Positions 9,890 to 18,991 of a DNA stretch of 63,828 nt are shown one piece after another. A program made the position numbers and the translations under genes. The notes beneath the pieces are model-generated. The model was given only the letters and a program-made list of their open reading frames with translations. It was not told where the DNA came from and searched no databases. The stretch's first letter is position 1; each line of letters starts with the position of its first letter. Source of the stretch: an uncultured Collinsella sp. (lineage in GTDB: Bacteria; Actinomycetota; Coriobacteriia; Coriobacteriales; Coriobacteriaceae); the NCBI GenBank assembly GCA_900554495.1, contig USHR01000001.1, positions 1 to 63,828 of the forward strand, written 5' to 3'.

Positions 9890-10441
9890 TTTGTCGTATC
9901 CGATCGCTAGTTCAAATGTGATTTCCTCGGGAATGCATCTAGAGGATGCCGAGGACCTATTTCCTGCCATGCAGCAATGGGTCCCATGGGGTGCGCCGTG
10001 CATTTTTTGGAGTATTCAGCAGCTCTAGTTGGCTGCATACGATTCGGTATTGCCAACGGTGGCCTTCAGATATCCCTTATGAGCGTTTTGAGTTAGATTT
10101 CGCCGTTTTCCGGAGCAGGGGCGCGTCATTCTCGCCATGTCGGGACTTAAAATGATACGGCGCCCTGCAGTTTTGCCCGCCCGCGGCGGTGCTGGCGCGG
10201 TCACGTTGTAGAATACTCCGTTTTTTGCACGGGCCAGGATGGGGTACCTCGGGAGAACACGGCGGTATCCCGTAAATATATACAATCTGTACCGTAATTT
10301 ATACAAAACGAAGAGGCAGACAGCGTAGGGTGGGTGCATTGGGGTGCTTGGTGCATCAAAACGGGGAACCCACGTGCCGTATACTCTGGCTGGATGTGAA
10401 AGCGGCTTGACGCGTTGCCAGGCGTAGGGGAGGGTGCCTCG

Positions 10442-11203
10442 ATGAGCGTATGTGAAATTGTGTTTAGTCCGACGGGTGGAACGCGGAAGGTGTCTTGCCT
10501 TGTGGCTGGAGCGCTGGATGGGGATACCGTTACCGTTGATCTGACCGATAGCGGGCTAGATTTCAGCGCTGTCTCGATGACTGAGGACGACGTGGCCGTA
10601 ATCTCTGTGCCGGCGTATGCCGGTAGAATCCCGGCTGTGGTGGCTGACCGGTTGGGCATGGTGCGAGGCAACGGGGCTCGGGCAGTTTTGGTTTGTGTAT
10701 ACGGAAACCGCGCGTTTGAGGACACGCTCGTAGAGCTGGAGGACGTTGCGAAGCATGCGGGATTCCGGGTGATCGCGGCAGTTGCGGCCATTGCAGAACA
10801 TTCCGTTGCTCGTCAGTTTGCTGCTGGGCGACCGGATGCGCAGGATGCGGCGCAGCTCGCAGAGTTTGCACAGCAAATTCAGCAAAAGCTGTTGGCTGAG
10901 GATGCATCCGAGCCCTCTATTCCTGGCAATCGTCCTTATAAACAAGCTGGAGGTCATCGCATGGCACCCGAGGCAACAGAGGATTGCGTCTCCTGCGGTG
11001 CATGCGCCGCGGCGTGCCCCGTTTGTGCTATCGACAAGGGCGACCCCAAGCGAGCAGCTGGCGAGGCGTGCATCTCCTGCATGCGCTGCATCGCCGTATG
11101 TCCGCGAGGCGCTCGCAAGCTTGATCCCAACAAGCTATCCGCTGTTTCCCAGATGCTGAGCAAGGTTTGCGTCGTGCGGAAGGAATGCGAGCTCTTCATC
11201 TAG
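10442..11203 (+). CDS. EFR1-like flavodoxin-ferredoxin fusion (2x[4Fe-4S])
   Basis: FSPTGGT flavodoxin loop, YGNR; CVSCGACAAACP and CISCMRCIAVCP. Confidence 0.88.
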   Translation: MSVCEIVFSPTGGTRKVSCLVAGALDGDTVTVDLTDSGLDFSAVSMTEDDVAVISVPAYAGRIPAVVADRLGMVRGNGARAVLVCVYGNRAFEDTLVELEDVAKHAGFRVIAAVAAIAEHSVARQFAAGRPDAQDAAQLAEFAQQIQQKLLAEDASEPSIPGNRPYKQAGGHRMAPEATEDCVSCGACAAACPVCAIDKGDPKRAAGEACISCMRCIAVCPRGARKLDPNKLSAVSQMLSKVCVVRKECELFI

Positions 11204-11251
11204 CGCAAGTGAGATTGGTGCAAACAAACCTGGCCCTTTTGCACCAAAAAC

Positions 11252-11313
11252 GATCCGTTTTCCTCCGTTCCCAAGGGATCATGTGATCCGAAGGGGACGG
11301 AGGAAAACGGATC
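11252..11313. repeat. REP-like inverted doublet (GATCCGTTTTCCTCCGTYCCC family)
   Basis: Same unit at 17640-17661 and 30319-30402. Confidence 0.8.
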
Positions 11314-11543
11314 AAAAAGGAAAAATAGTAAGGCGCTCTTTTTCACATTGAATATTGCAATTTGGTAACGCGTTTTATCAAATATGGCATTTATCTGCGA
11401 TAATGTTCATTTTCACCGCTGATGGTGACATTTCATACCGCCTGCCGAACTGCGTGGAGACCTAACAACTTTTTAGGTCAGTGTTGTGCGTGTAGCAATT
11501 TCGCCCGGCCTCGCCTCCGGGCTGCCATGTGAGAGGGGATCTT

Positions 11544-13376
11544 ATGGCTCGACTGCACGTAATGGAACGCAGCCACGCTCAGGCCGTCATGGACGACCTG
11601 CACGATGCACTCGGACGTCGTCTGGCGGTGAGTTCACTCGCCCCGTGCCCCGTCGAGTTTACGGCGGCGCTCGTCAACCTGTGCTCCACCCAGAGCTGCG
11701 GCAAGTGCACGCCCTGCCGCGTGGGCCTGAGCGCGCTGAGCGACCTGCTCGCCGATGTGCTCGAGGGCCGCGCCGACGAGTCCACGCTCAACTTGATTGA
11801 GCGCACGGCCCGCACCATCTATCTTTCGAGCGATTGCGCCATCGGTTACGAGGCCGGCGCCATGGCGCTTACGGCTATCCGCGGTTTCCGTGACGATTTT
11901 GAGCACCACATCCGCGAGCACTCCTGTGGCTTTGACCGCGAGGCCCGCGTCCCGTGCGTCTCGGGCTGTCCGGCGCATGTCGACATTCCCGGTTACATTT
12001 CGCTCGTCGAGGCCGGCCGCTATGCCGATGCCGTCAAGGTCATCCGCAAGAATAACCCGCTGCCGCTCGTTTGCGGCCTGGTGTGCGAGCATCCCTGCGA
12101 GATGCATTGCCGCCGTGGCATGGTCGACGACCCCATGAACATCCTCGCCCTCAAGCGTTTTGCCGTTGAGCACAGTGACCTCAACGACCACAAGCCGCAT
12201 GTAGTGGACAACACCGGTAAGCGCGTCTCCGTGATCGGCGGCGGCCCGGCTGGCCTTTCCTGTGCCTACTACCTGGCCGTGATGGGCCACAAGGTGACCA
12301 TTTTTGAGCAGCGCCACCACTTGGGCGGCATGCTGCGCTACGGCATCCCCAGCTATCGTCTGCCGCGCGAGCGCCTGCAGGCCGAGATCGACTGGATCTT
12401 GAGCGCCGGCATCGACGTTGAGCTCGATCACTCCGTGAACGGCGAGGAGCTCGCTCGCCTGCGCGACGAGTTCGATGCCGTCTACCTGGCCATCGGTGCC
12501 CATAGCGACAAGAAGCTCGGCCTTCCGGGTGAAGAGGCGCCCGGCGTGGAGTCGGCTGTCAAGATGCTGCGCGCCATCGGAGACGACGAGCTGCCCGACC
12601 TGAGCGGCCAGCGCGTGTGCGTCATCGGCGGCGGCAACGTGGCCATGGACGTGGCGCGCTCTGCCGTGCGCTGCGGTGCCGAAAAGGTGAGCATCGTCTA
12701 CCGCCGTCGCATCTGCGATATGACGGCCCAGGACGCCGAGATTGCCGGCGCCCAGGCCGAGGGTTGCGAGGTTCTGGAGCTCACGGCGCCGCTCGCCATC
12801 GAGACGGGCGAAGATGGTCGCGTGAGCGGCCTGCGCGTGCAACCGCAGATTATCGGCGAGCCCCGCCGCGGTCGTCCGGCTCCGCGTGCCGCCGCTACGC
12901 CCGAGCGCGTCATCCCCTGCGAGCGCGTGTTTGTCGCCATTGGCCAGGACATCGATTCCAAGCCGTTTGAGGACATGGGCATCGCCTGCAAGTGGGGTTG
13001 CGTGGTCACCGACTCGGACGGTGCCGTGCCCAACTTCGATGGCCTCTTTAGCGGCGGCGACTGCCAGACCGGCCCCGCCACCGTCATCCGTGCCATCAAC
13101 GCCGGCCGCGTGGCTTCGGCAAACATCGACCGCTATCTGGGCTTCGACCACAAGATCAAGCTCGACGTGGAGCTGCCGACCGTTCAGTTTAAGGGCAAGC
13201 ACGAGTGCGGCCGCTGCGAGCTGGGCGAGCGCGAGGCCGGCGAGCGTATTCACGATTGGAATCTGGTCGAGCAGGGCCTTACCGAGGAGGAGGCGCGCCA
13301 GGAGGCAAGCCGCTGCCTGCGTTGCGACCACTTTGGCTTTGGCGCGTTCCGCGGAGGGAGGAACCTGGAATGGTAG
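11544..13376 (+). CDS. GltD/SudA-like NAD(P)H flavo-iron-sulfur subunit with N-terminal NuoF-type 4Fe-4S domain (hydrogenase partner)
   Basis: SCGKCTPCRVG, CVSGCP...CGLVCEHPCEMHCRR, GGGPAG, GGGNVA, C-terminal RCLRC. Confidence 0.9.
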   Translation: MARLHVMERSHAQAVMDDLHDALGRRLAVSSLAPCPVEFTAALVNLCSTQSCGKCTPCRVGLSALSDLLADVLEGRADESTLNLIERTARTIYLSSDCAIGYEAGAMALTAIRGFRDDFEHHIREHSCGFDREARVPCVSGCPAHVDIPGYISLVEAGRYADAVKVIRKNNPLPLVCGLVCEHPCEMHCRRGMVDDPMNILALKRFAVEHSDLNDHKPHVVDNTGKRVSVIGGGPAGLSCAYYLAVMGHKVTIFEQRHHLGGMLRYGIPSYRLPRERLQAEIDWILSAGIDVELDHSVNGEELARLRDEFDAVYLAIGAHSDKKLGLPGEEAPGVESAVKMLRAIGDDELPDLSGQRVCVIGGGNVAMDVARSAVRCGAEKVSIVYRRRICDMTAQDAEIAGAQAEGCEVLELTAPLAIETGEDGRVSGLRVQPQIIGEPRRGRPAPRAAATPERVIPCERVFVAIGQDIDSKPFEDMGIACKWGCVVTDSDGAVPNFDGLFSGGDCQTGPATVIRAINAGRVASANIDRYLGFDHKIKLDVELPTVQFKGKHECGRCELGEREAGERIHDWNLVEQGLTEEEARQEASRCLRCDHFGFGAFRGGRNLEW

Positions 13377-15181
13377 AGCTCAACAAAACCACCGTCGGCG
13401 ACAACAGCGAAAACGGAGCGCACAACATGGTCAGGCTCATTATCGATAACTGCGAAGTCGTGGTGCCCGAGCACACCACGATCCTGGATGCGGCCAAGTC
13501 CGTCGGCATCCAGATTCCCACCCTGTGCTATCTGCGCGATCTGAACGAGATCGGCGGCTGCCGCGTGTGCGTGGTCGAGGTCGAGGGCTGCGATCAGCTG
13601 GTCGCCGCCTGCAACAACTACGTGCTCGACGGCATGGTGGTGCACACCAACAGCCCCAAGGCCCGCGAGGCTCGCCGCACCAACGTGCAGCTGCTGCTGT
13701 CCCAGCACGATTCGCAGTGCACGAGCTGCGTGCGCAGCGGCAACTGCAACCTACAGACCATCGCCAACGACCTGGGTATTTTTTATCTGCCGTATCAAAG
13801 GCATTTGGCGGGCGAGGGCTGGGATTTCGATTTTCCCATCATCCGCGAAAACGACAAGTGCATTAAATGCATGCGCTGTATCAAGGTGTGCGAGAGCGTG
13901 CAGGGGCTAGGGATTTGGGACCTGACCAACCGCGCCACGCATACCGCCGTGGGTACCCGCGGGCGCGCGCCGATCGGCAAGACCGAATGCGTCGCGTGCG
14001 GCCAGTGCATAACGCATTGCCCGACGGGCGCACTGCGCGAGCGCGACGATACCGAGACCGTGTTCGATGCTCTCGCCGATCCCGACAAGATCGTGCTGGT
14101 GCAGATTGCGCCGGCCGTGCGCAGCGCCTGGGGCGAGGAGCTCGGCATATCTCGCGAGGAGGCTACCGTTGAGCGCTTGGCTTGCGCGCTGCGCCGCGTT
14201 GGCTTTGAGTACGTGTTCGATACCGATTTCTCGGCCGACCTCACCATTATGGAAGAGGGCTCCGAGCTGCTCAAGCGCCTGGGCGAGGCCGCCAAGGGCG
14301 AGGGCGACAGCCGCAGCTGGCCCATGTTCACGAGCTGCTGCCCGGGCTGGGTACGCTTTGTGAAGGCGCGTTACCCCGAGTTTGTCGACAGCCTGTCCAC
14401 GTCCAAGTCGCCGCAGCAGATGTTCGGCGCCATCGCCAAGACCTACTACGCCAAGGTGCTGGGCGTGGAGCCCGAGCGCCTGTTTGTGGTGTCCGTGATG
14501 CCGTGCACGGCCAAGAAGGCCGAGTGCGCGCTGCCGAGCATGGTGGGCGAGGGCGGCACGCCCGATGTGGACGTTGCGCTGACGGTGCGCGAGATGGTGC
14601 GCATGGTCCGCGCGAGCCACGTGAGCGTGGATACGCTAGTTGAGGAGCCGCTCGATACGCCGCTGGGCTTTGGCACGGGCGCGGGTGTGATCTTTGGCGC
14701 CACGGGCGGCGTGATGGAGGCCGCCGTGCGCTCGGCCTATTACCTGGTGACGGGCAAGAACCCCGACGCCGACTTCTTTACCGATGTGCGCGGCCTGGAC
14801 GGCTGGAAGGAGGCCGTGGCCGATATCGATGGCACCAAGGTGCGCGTCGCCGTGGCACACGGGCTGGGCAACGCTGCCCGTCTGCTCGACGCGATTCGCG
14901 ACGGCCGCGTGAGCTATGACTTCGTTGAGGTCATGGCGTGCCCGGGCGGCTGCGTCGGTGGCGGCGGTCAGCCCATCCACGACGGCTGCGAGCTGGCAGC
15001 CGAGCGCGGTCAGGTGCTGTGGGGCCTGGATGCTGCTGCGGACATTCGCTTCTCGCACGAGAATCCCGATGTCCAGGCGTGCTACCGCGAGTTCTTGGGC
15101 GCGCCGCTCTCGCCACTGGCCGAGGAGTTGCTGCATACCGACCATCACGCCTGGTCGATGCCCAACGAGGGGGCGTGCTAG
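13370..15181 (+). CDS. hydA: [FeFe]-hydrogenase, group A catalytic subunit (2Fe-2S, His-ligated 4Fe-4S, 2x4Fe-4S, H-cluster)
   Basis: H-cluster motifs TSCCPGW, MPCTAKKAE, EVMACPGGCVGGGGQP; start overlaps the upstream stop. Confidence 0.95.
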   Translation: MVELNKTTVGDNSENGAHNMVRLIIDNCEVVVPEHTTILDAAKSVGIQIPTLCYLRDLNEIGGCRVCVVEVEGCDQLVAACNNYVLDGMVVHTNSPKAREARRTNVQLLLSQHDSQCTSCVRSGNCNLQTIANDLGIFYLPYQRHLAGEGWDFDFPIIRENDKCIKCMRCIKVCESVQGLGIWDLTNRATHTAVGTRGRAPIGKTECVACGQCITHCPTGALRERDDTETVFDALADPDKIVLVQIAPAVRSAWGEELGISREEATVERLACALRRVGFEYVFDTDFSADLTIMEEGSELLKRLGEAAKGEGDSRSWPMFTSCCPGWVRFVKARYPEFVDSLSTSKSPQQMFGAIAKTYYAKVLGVEPERLFVVSVMPCTAKKAECALPSMVGEGGTPDVDVALTVREMVRMVRASHVSVDTLVEEPLDTPLGFGTGAGVIFGATGGVMEAAVRSAYYLVTGKNPDADFFTDVRGLDGWKEAVADIDGTKVRVAVAHGLGNAARLLDAIRDGRVSYDFVEVMACPGGCVGGGGQPIHDGCELAAERGQVLWGLDAAADIRFSHENPDVQACYREFLGAPLSPLAEELLHTDHHAWSMPNEGAC

Positions 15182-15183
15182 CC

Positions 15184-16239
15184 ATGCGTGCGTTTGATGT
15201 TGAGCTGTCGCGCCGGGGGTTTGCCTCGGCGCTCGCTGCGGGCGCCCTGTCGCTTGCGCTCGCGGGCTGTGGCGGCGGGGCTGCTGGTGCCGGGTCCGCC
15301 GCGGGCTCGGCTGCCACAGACGGCGCCGGTGCTGCTGCAGAGCCGGTCGAGGTGCACGTCGCCTCGCTCAAGGGGCCGACCTCGATTGGCCTGGTGCAGT
15401 TTATGGACCGGGCAGCCGATGGCGAGACGGACAATGAGTTCGACTTTGCGATCAATACTGCCGCCGATGAGATTGTGCCCAAGGTCATTCAGGGCGATAT
15501 CGACATTGCCCTGGTGCCCGCCAACGTGGCGAGCGTACTCTACAACAAGACCGAGGGCGCGGTGCAGGTCATCGACATCAACACGCTGGGCGTGCTGAAC
15601 GTTGTGACGGGCGACGCGAGTGTGGCCTCGTTTGGCGATCTGGCGGGTCGCACCGTCTACATGACGGGCAAGGGCACCACGCCGGAGTACGTCATGAACT
15701 ACCTGCTGGAGCGCGCGGGCCTGACCGGCCAGGTGGCGCTTGAGTTTAAGAGCGAGCCCACCGAGGTGCTGTCGGCGCTGCTTGCCGATCCGTCTGCCGT
15801 GGGCGTGCTGCCCGAGCCGTTCAAGACCGCTGCCATCGCCAAGAGCGAAGGCAAGCTGTCGGCTCCGGTAAGTCTGACCGATGTGTGGGATGAGCTGGCG
15901 GGCGAGACGGGTTCGCGCCTGCTGACGGGCGTGACCGTGGTGCGCCGCGCCTTTGCCGAGGAACATCCCGATGCCGTGGCGGAATTCTTGCGCTGCCATG
16001 AGGCGAGCGTGAAGGCCGTCAATGCGGCGCCGGCGGACTGGGCGCAGGCCGTGGTCGATGCGGGTGTCGTCGATAACGCCGCGATTGCCGAAAAGGCGAT
16101 TCCCGGGTGCATGCTTGTATGCCAGACGGGGAAAGATATGAAGGCGGCGCTCGGTGGGTACCTGCAGGTGCTGGCCGATGCGGATGCGAGCGCCGTGGGC
16201 GGCAAGCTCCCGGCTGATGATTTCTACTACATGGAGTAG
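15184..16239 (+). CDS. NitT/TauT-type ABC transporter substrate-binding lipoprotein
   Basis: SRRGF twin-arginine-like signal, LALAGC lipobox, KGPTSIG, GKGTTPEY, LPEPF. Confidence 0.85.
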   Translation: MRAFDVELSRRGFASALAAGALSLALAGCGGGAAGAGSAAGSAATDGAGAAAEPVEVHVASLKGPTSIGLVQFMDRAADGETDNEFDFAINTAADEIVPKVIQGDIDIALVPANVASVLYNKTEGAVQVIDINTLGVLNVVTGDASVASFGDLAGRTVYMTGKGTTPEYVMNYLLERAGLTGQVALEFKSEPTEVLSALLADPSAVGVLPEPFKTAAIAKSEGKLSAPVSLTDVWDELAGETGSRLLTGVTVVRRAFAEEHPDAVAEFLRCHEASVKAVNAAPADWAQAVVDAGVVDNAAIAEKAIPGCMLVCQTGKDMKAALGGYLQVLADADASAVGGKLPADDFYYME

Positions 16240-16242
16240 CCC

Positions 16243-17619
16243 GTGCGTGCGTTTGCTCGACAAATGACAGAGCGTATGAAGGCGGTGGCGGCAGCAGGTG
16301 CCGTCGCCGCCTTTTGGCTTGCCGTGTGGGTCTTCGCGGCGGTGCTGGTGGCGCAGCCACTGATCTTGCCGGGGCCGGGTGCTGTTGCCTTGGCGCTGCT
16401 GCGCCTGGTGTGCGATGGCGGTACCTGGGCGATTTTGGTGGGCTCGGGCGCGCGGATACTGGGCGGGCTGGCGCTTGCCGCGGTGTGTGGTGGCGTGCTT
16501 GCCGGGATTTCGTCACGGTTGCGGGCGTTTGCGCGCCTGGTGGCTCCGGCACTTTCGTTTGTTAAGGCGACGCCGGTTGCCTGCGTGGTGGTCCTGCTGC
16601 TTATTTGGTTGGGATCGGCGCGCGTGAGCATCGCCGCGGTCTTTTTGATGGCGCTGCCGGGCGTGTATTTTTCGCTGGCCGAGGGCTTGGCACAGGTGAA
16701 TAAACCGCTGGAGCAGATGTTCCGTCTGCATGGCGTGCGCGGCTGGCGCCTGTTTTGCGTCCATACCTGGCGCGAAGTCCTGCCGTTTGTGCTTTCGTGC
16801 GCCCGCGCCGTGATCGGCATGAGCTGGAAGGCCGGCGTGGCAGCCGAGCTGATCGGCATGGCGGTGGGCACCGTGGGCGAGCGCATCTATCAGGCAAAGC
16901 TTTTGATTGAGACGGCTGATTTGCTGGCGTGGACCGTGCTGGTCGTTGCCGCCTCGTGGGCGTGTGAGCGCGTGTTGGTGTGGCTGCTGCGGGTTTCGGG
17001 ACCCGTGGCGTGGCGCGCGGCCGTGCGGGCGCATGGGCATGGACTGCGCGGGCGTGCGGGGGCTGCGAGCGATGGCGCCGCAGCGGAGCTTGCGCTTGCC
17101 GTGGGCGATCGTGCGCCGTGGGCTCCGGCACTGGACGGTCTGGTGCTCAACGTGCCCGCGGGCGGGCGTATCTGTGTGATGGGTGCTTCGGGTGCGGGCA
17201 AGTCGACGCTGCTTGCGCTAGCGGCGGGGGAGTCCGCGCCGTGCTCGATGGTGTTTCAGGATGCACGCTTGGTCGAGGGCAGCTCGGCTTTGGATAACGT
17301 GCTGGTGTGTGCCGATGCGCGCGTGGATGCTTCGAACGCTACGACCTTGCTGCGCCGGTTGGTGCCGGGAATCGACGTGCATGTTCGCGTGGCTGAGCTT
17401 TCGGGCGGGCAGCGCCGTCGTGTCGAGATCGCTCGAGCCCTGCTGTGTGGCGGCTGTGCCGTCATTCTGGATGAGCCCTTTACCGGCCTGGACGCCGCCG
17501 CGCGCGATGCGACGGCCGAGGCCGTGCTAGACCTGCTCGACGGTCGCACGCTCTTGCTCGCCACGCACGATGTCGTCGACGTTCAGGCCCTCGATATCTC
17601 GGACATCATCACGCTCTAA
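16243..17619 (+). CDS. ABC transporter permease-ATPase fusion (NitT/TauT family)
   Basis: N-terminal TM helices with SWKAGVAAELIG; C-terminal GASGAGKS, LSGGQ, VILDE, ATHD. Confidence 0.85.
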   Translation: MRAFARQMTERMKAVAAAGAVAAFWLAVWVFAAVLVAQPLILPGPGAVALALLRLVCDGGTWAILVGSGARILGGLALAAVCGGVLAGISSRLRAFARLVAPALSFVKATPVACVVVLLLIWLGSARVSIAAVFLMALPGVYFSLAEGLAQVNKPLEQMFRLHGVRGWRLFCVHTWREVLPFVLSCARAVIGMSWKAGVAAELIGMAVGTVGERIYQAKLLIETADLLAWTVLVVAASWACERVLVWLLRVSGPVAWRAAVRAHGHGLRGRAGAASDGAAAELALAVGDRAPWAPALDGLVLNVPAGGRICVMGASGAGKSTLLALAAGESAPCSMVFQDARLVEGSSALDNVLVCADARVDASNATTLLRRLVPGIDVHVRVAELSGGQRRRVEIARALLCGGCAVILDEPFTGLDAAARDATAEAVLDLLDGRTLLLATHDVVDVQALDISDIITL

Positions 17620-17639
17620 ATACTAACTGAGCAACAAAA

Positions 17640-17661
17640 TGATTCGTTTTCCTCCGTCCCC
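17640..17661. repeat. Single REP-like unit (TGATTCGTTTTCCTCCGTCCCC)
   Basis: Near-identical to the arms at 11252-11313 and 30319-30402. Confidence 0.7.
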
Positions 17662-17834
17662 ATGGGGTCGGGTGTGGTATTCTATCTGCGGTGTAATACT
17701 TAGGAATACCAAGTAATACCAACGCCGCAGAAACAAACTCCGGATGCGGGCCAATCGGGTTGCCTTCACAGCCCGTCGCCCAGCCGCGTGGCCCGCATCT
17801 ATCCGCACTACCGTCGTTTCAAAAAGGAAGCGCC

Positions 17835-18056
17835 ATGGCAGAACACATGACCCCCGTAGTCGCGAAGGTCTTGCCCGAGGAGAAGGCAGCCTTCGCGGCG
17901 GCAACCCAGCTCGTGGGCACCACGCCGTCCAACGCCATCCGCATGTTTATCGCCGCGTTCAATCGCTGCGGCACCTTCCCGTTCGACATCTCGCCCAGCG
18001 GGGCCTTTGGCAAAGAGTGTCCCCAACAGCTAGTCGTTGAAGAACGTCCCCAATGA
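17835..18056 (+). CDS. RelB/DinJ-family antitoxin-like RHH protein (orphan)
   Basis: EEKAAFAAATQLVGTTPSNAIRMFIAAFNRCGTFPF pattern; AAGGAAG RBS. Confidence 0.7.
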   Translation: MAEHMTPVVAKVLPEEKAAFAAATQLVGTTPSNAIRMFIAAFNRCGTFPFDISPSGAFGKECPQQLVVEERPQ

Positions 18057-18079
18057 CTAGTCGTCGGGAGGAGGTTGGC

Positions 18080-18991
18080 ATGCTCAATGCGATGATTTGG
18101 GCGCTTGCCTGTTTTGGCGTCGTCGCTGCCGATATTGCCCTGAGCGTCGTGTTGTTCTCCGCCCTTGGCGTCGCATCGGTGTTCATGGGTTTTTCGATCG
18201 ATGGCCTCGACATTCAGTTGCTTCAGGCCGTCGCGCAGACGGCATCGTTTTTGATGGCGCTGCTGTGGTGGCGTTATCTGTGGCCGCGTTCGTTTATGGC
18301 ACGCCGGCAAAGCGAGCGTCCGCTCGGCGGGGGAGCGCGTGGGGCGTGGAAACGCATCGCCTGCGTTATCGTGATCGGCCTGGCCCTGCAGGTGGTCGTT
18401 GGCTACGTGACCGACGCCGTGCTGTCGCTGTTGCCCGAGGCCGCGGCCGACTACAGCGAGCTTGTCGAGGAAACAGGCATGGGCGACACCAGCTATCTCG
18501 CCGTCCTGACTACGGTGCTCGGTGCCCCATTTTGTGAAGAGCTGCTGGTGCGCGGCATTATTTTTGAGTTTTCGCTCCGAGCGTTTAATCCGCAGTGACG
18601 CCCACTTTGGAAGCGCCGGCGTCGTGCGAGCGCGCAGGACGGCGCCATGGTGCCCTGGGCGGCCCCAAGCACGTGGGGTATCGCCGCGGCGATTGTGCTG
18701 CAGGCGGCGGTCTTCGGTTTTATGCACATGAACTGGGTGCAGGGTTGCTACGCGGGTGCCGCCGGCCTCATCTTTGGTTGGGTGCTCGTGACGACCGGAA
18801 AGCTCCGCTACACGATCCTGCTGCACTTTGCCTTTAATGCCGGGTCGTATCTCATGACGTTGCTCTGGTTTGTGAACACGCCGTTCGACGTGGTGGTCAC
18901 GGTTGCCATCGCCGGCGTCATCCTCGTTGAGGCAATGCGCTCGCTGCGCCACGCGTGTGGGATGGACGCAGCGAGCGCACCGCTGCCCTAG
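18080..18991 (+). pseudogene. CPBP (CAAX/Abi) intramembrane metalloprotease with in-frame TGA at 18596-18598
   Basis: APFCEELLVRG before the stop; FGFMH and ILLHFAFN after it, in the same frame. Confidence 0.8.

Noticed and set aside
18596..18598. Selenocysteine readthrough of the TGA in the CPBP gene
   Set aside because: The position is not a redox or catalytic site, the family is not known as selenoproteins, and no convincing SECIS hairpin follows
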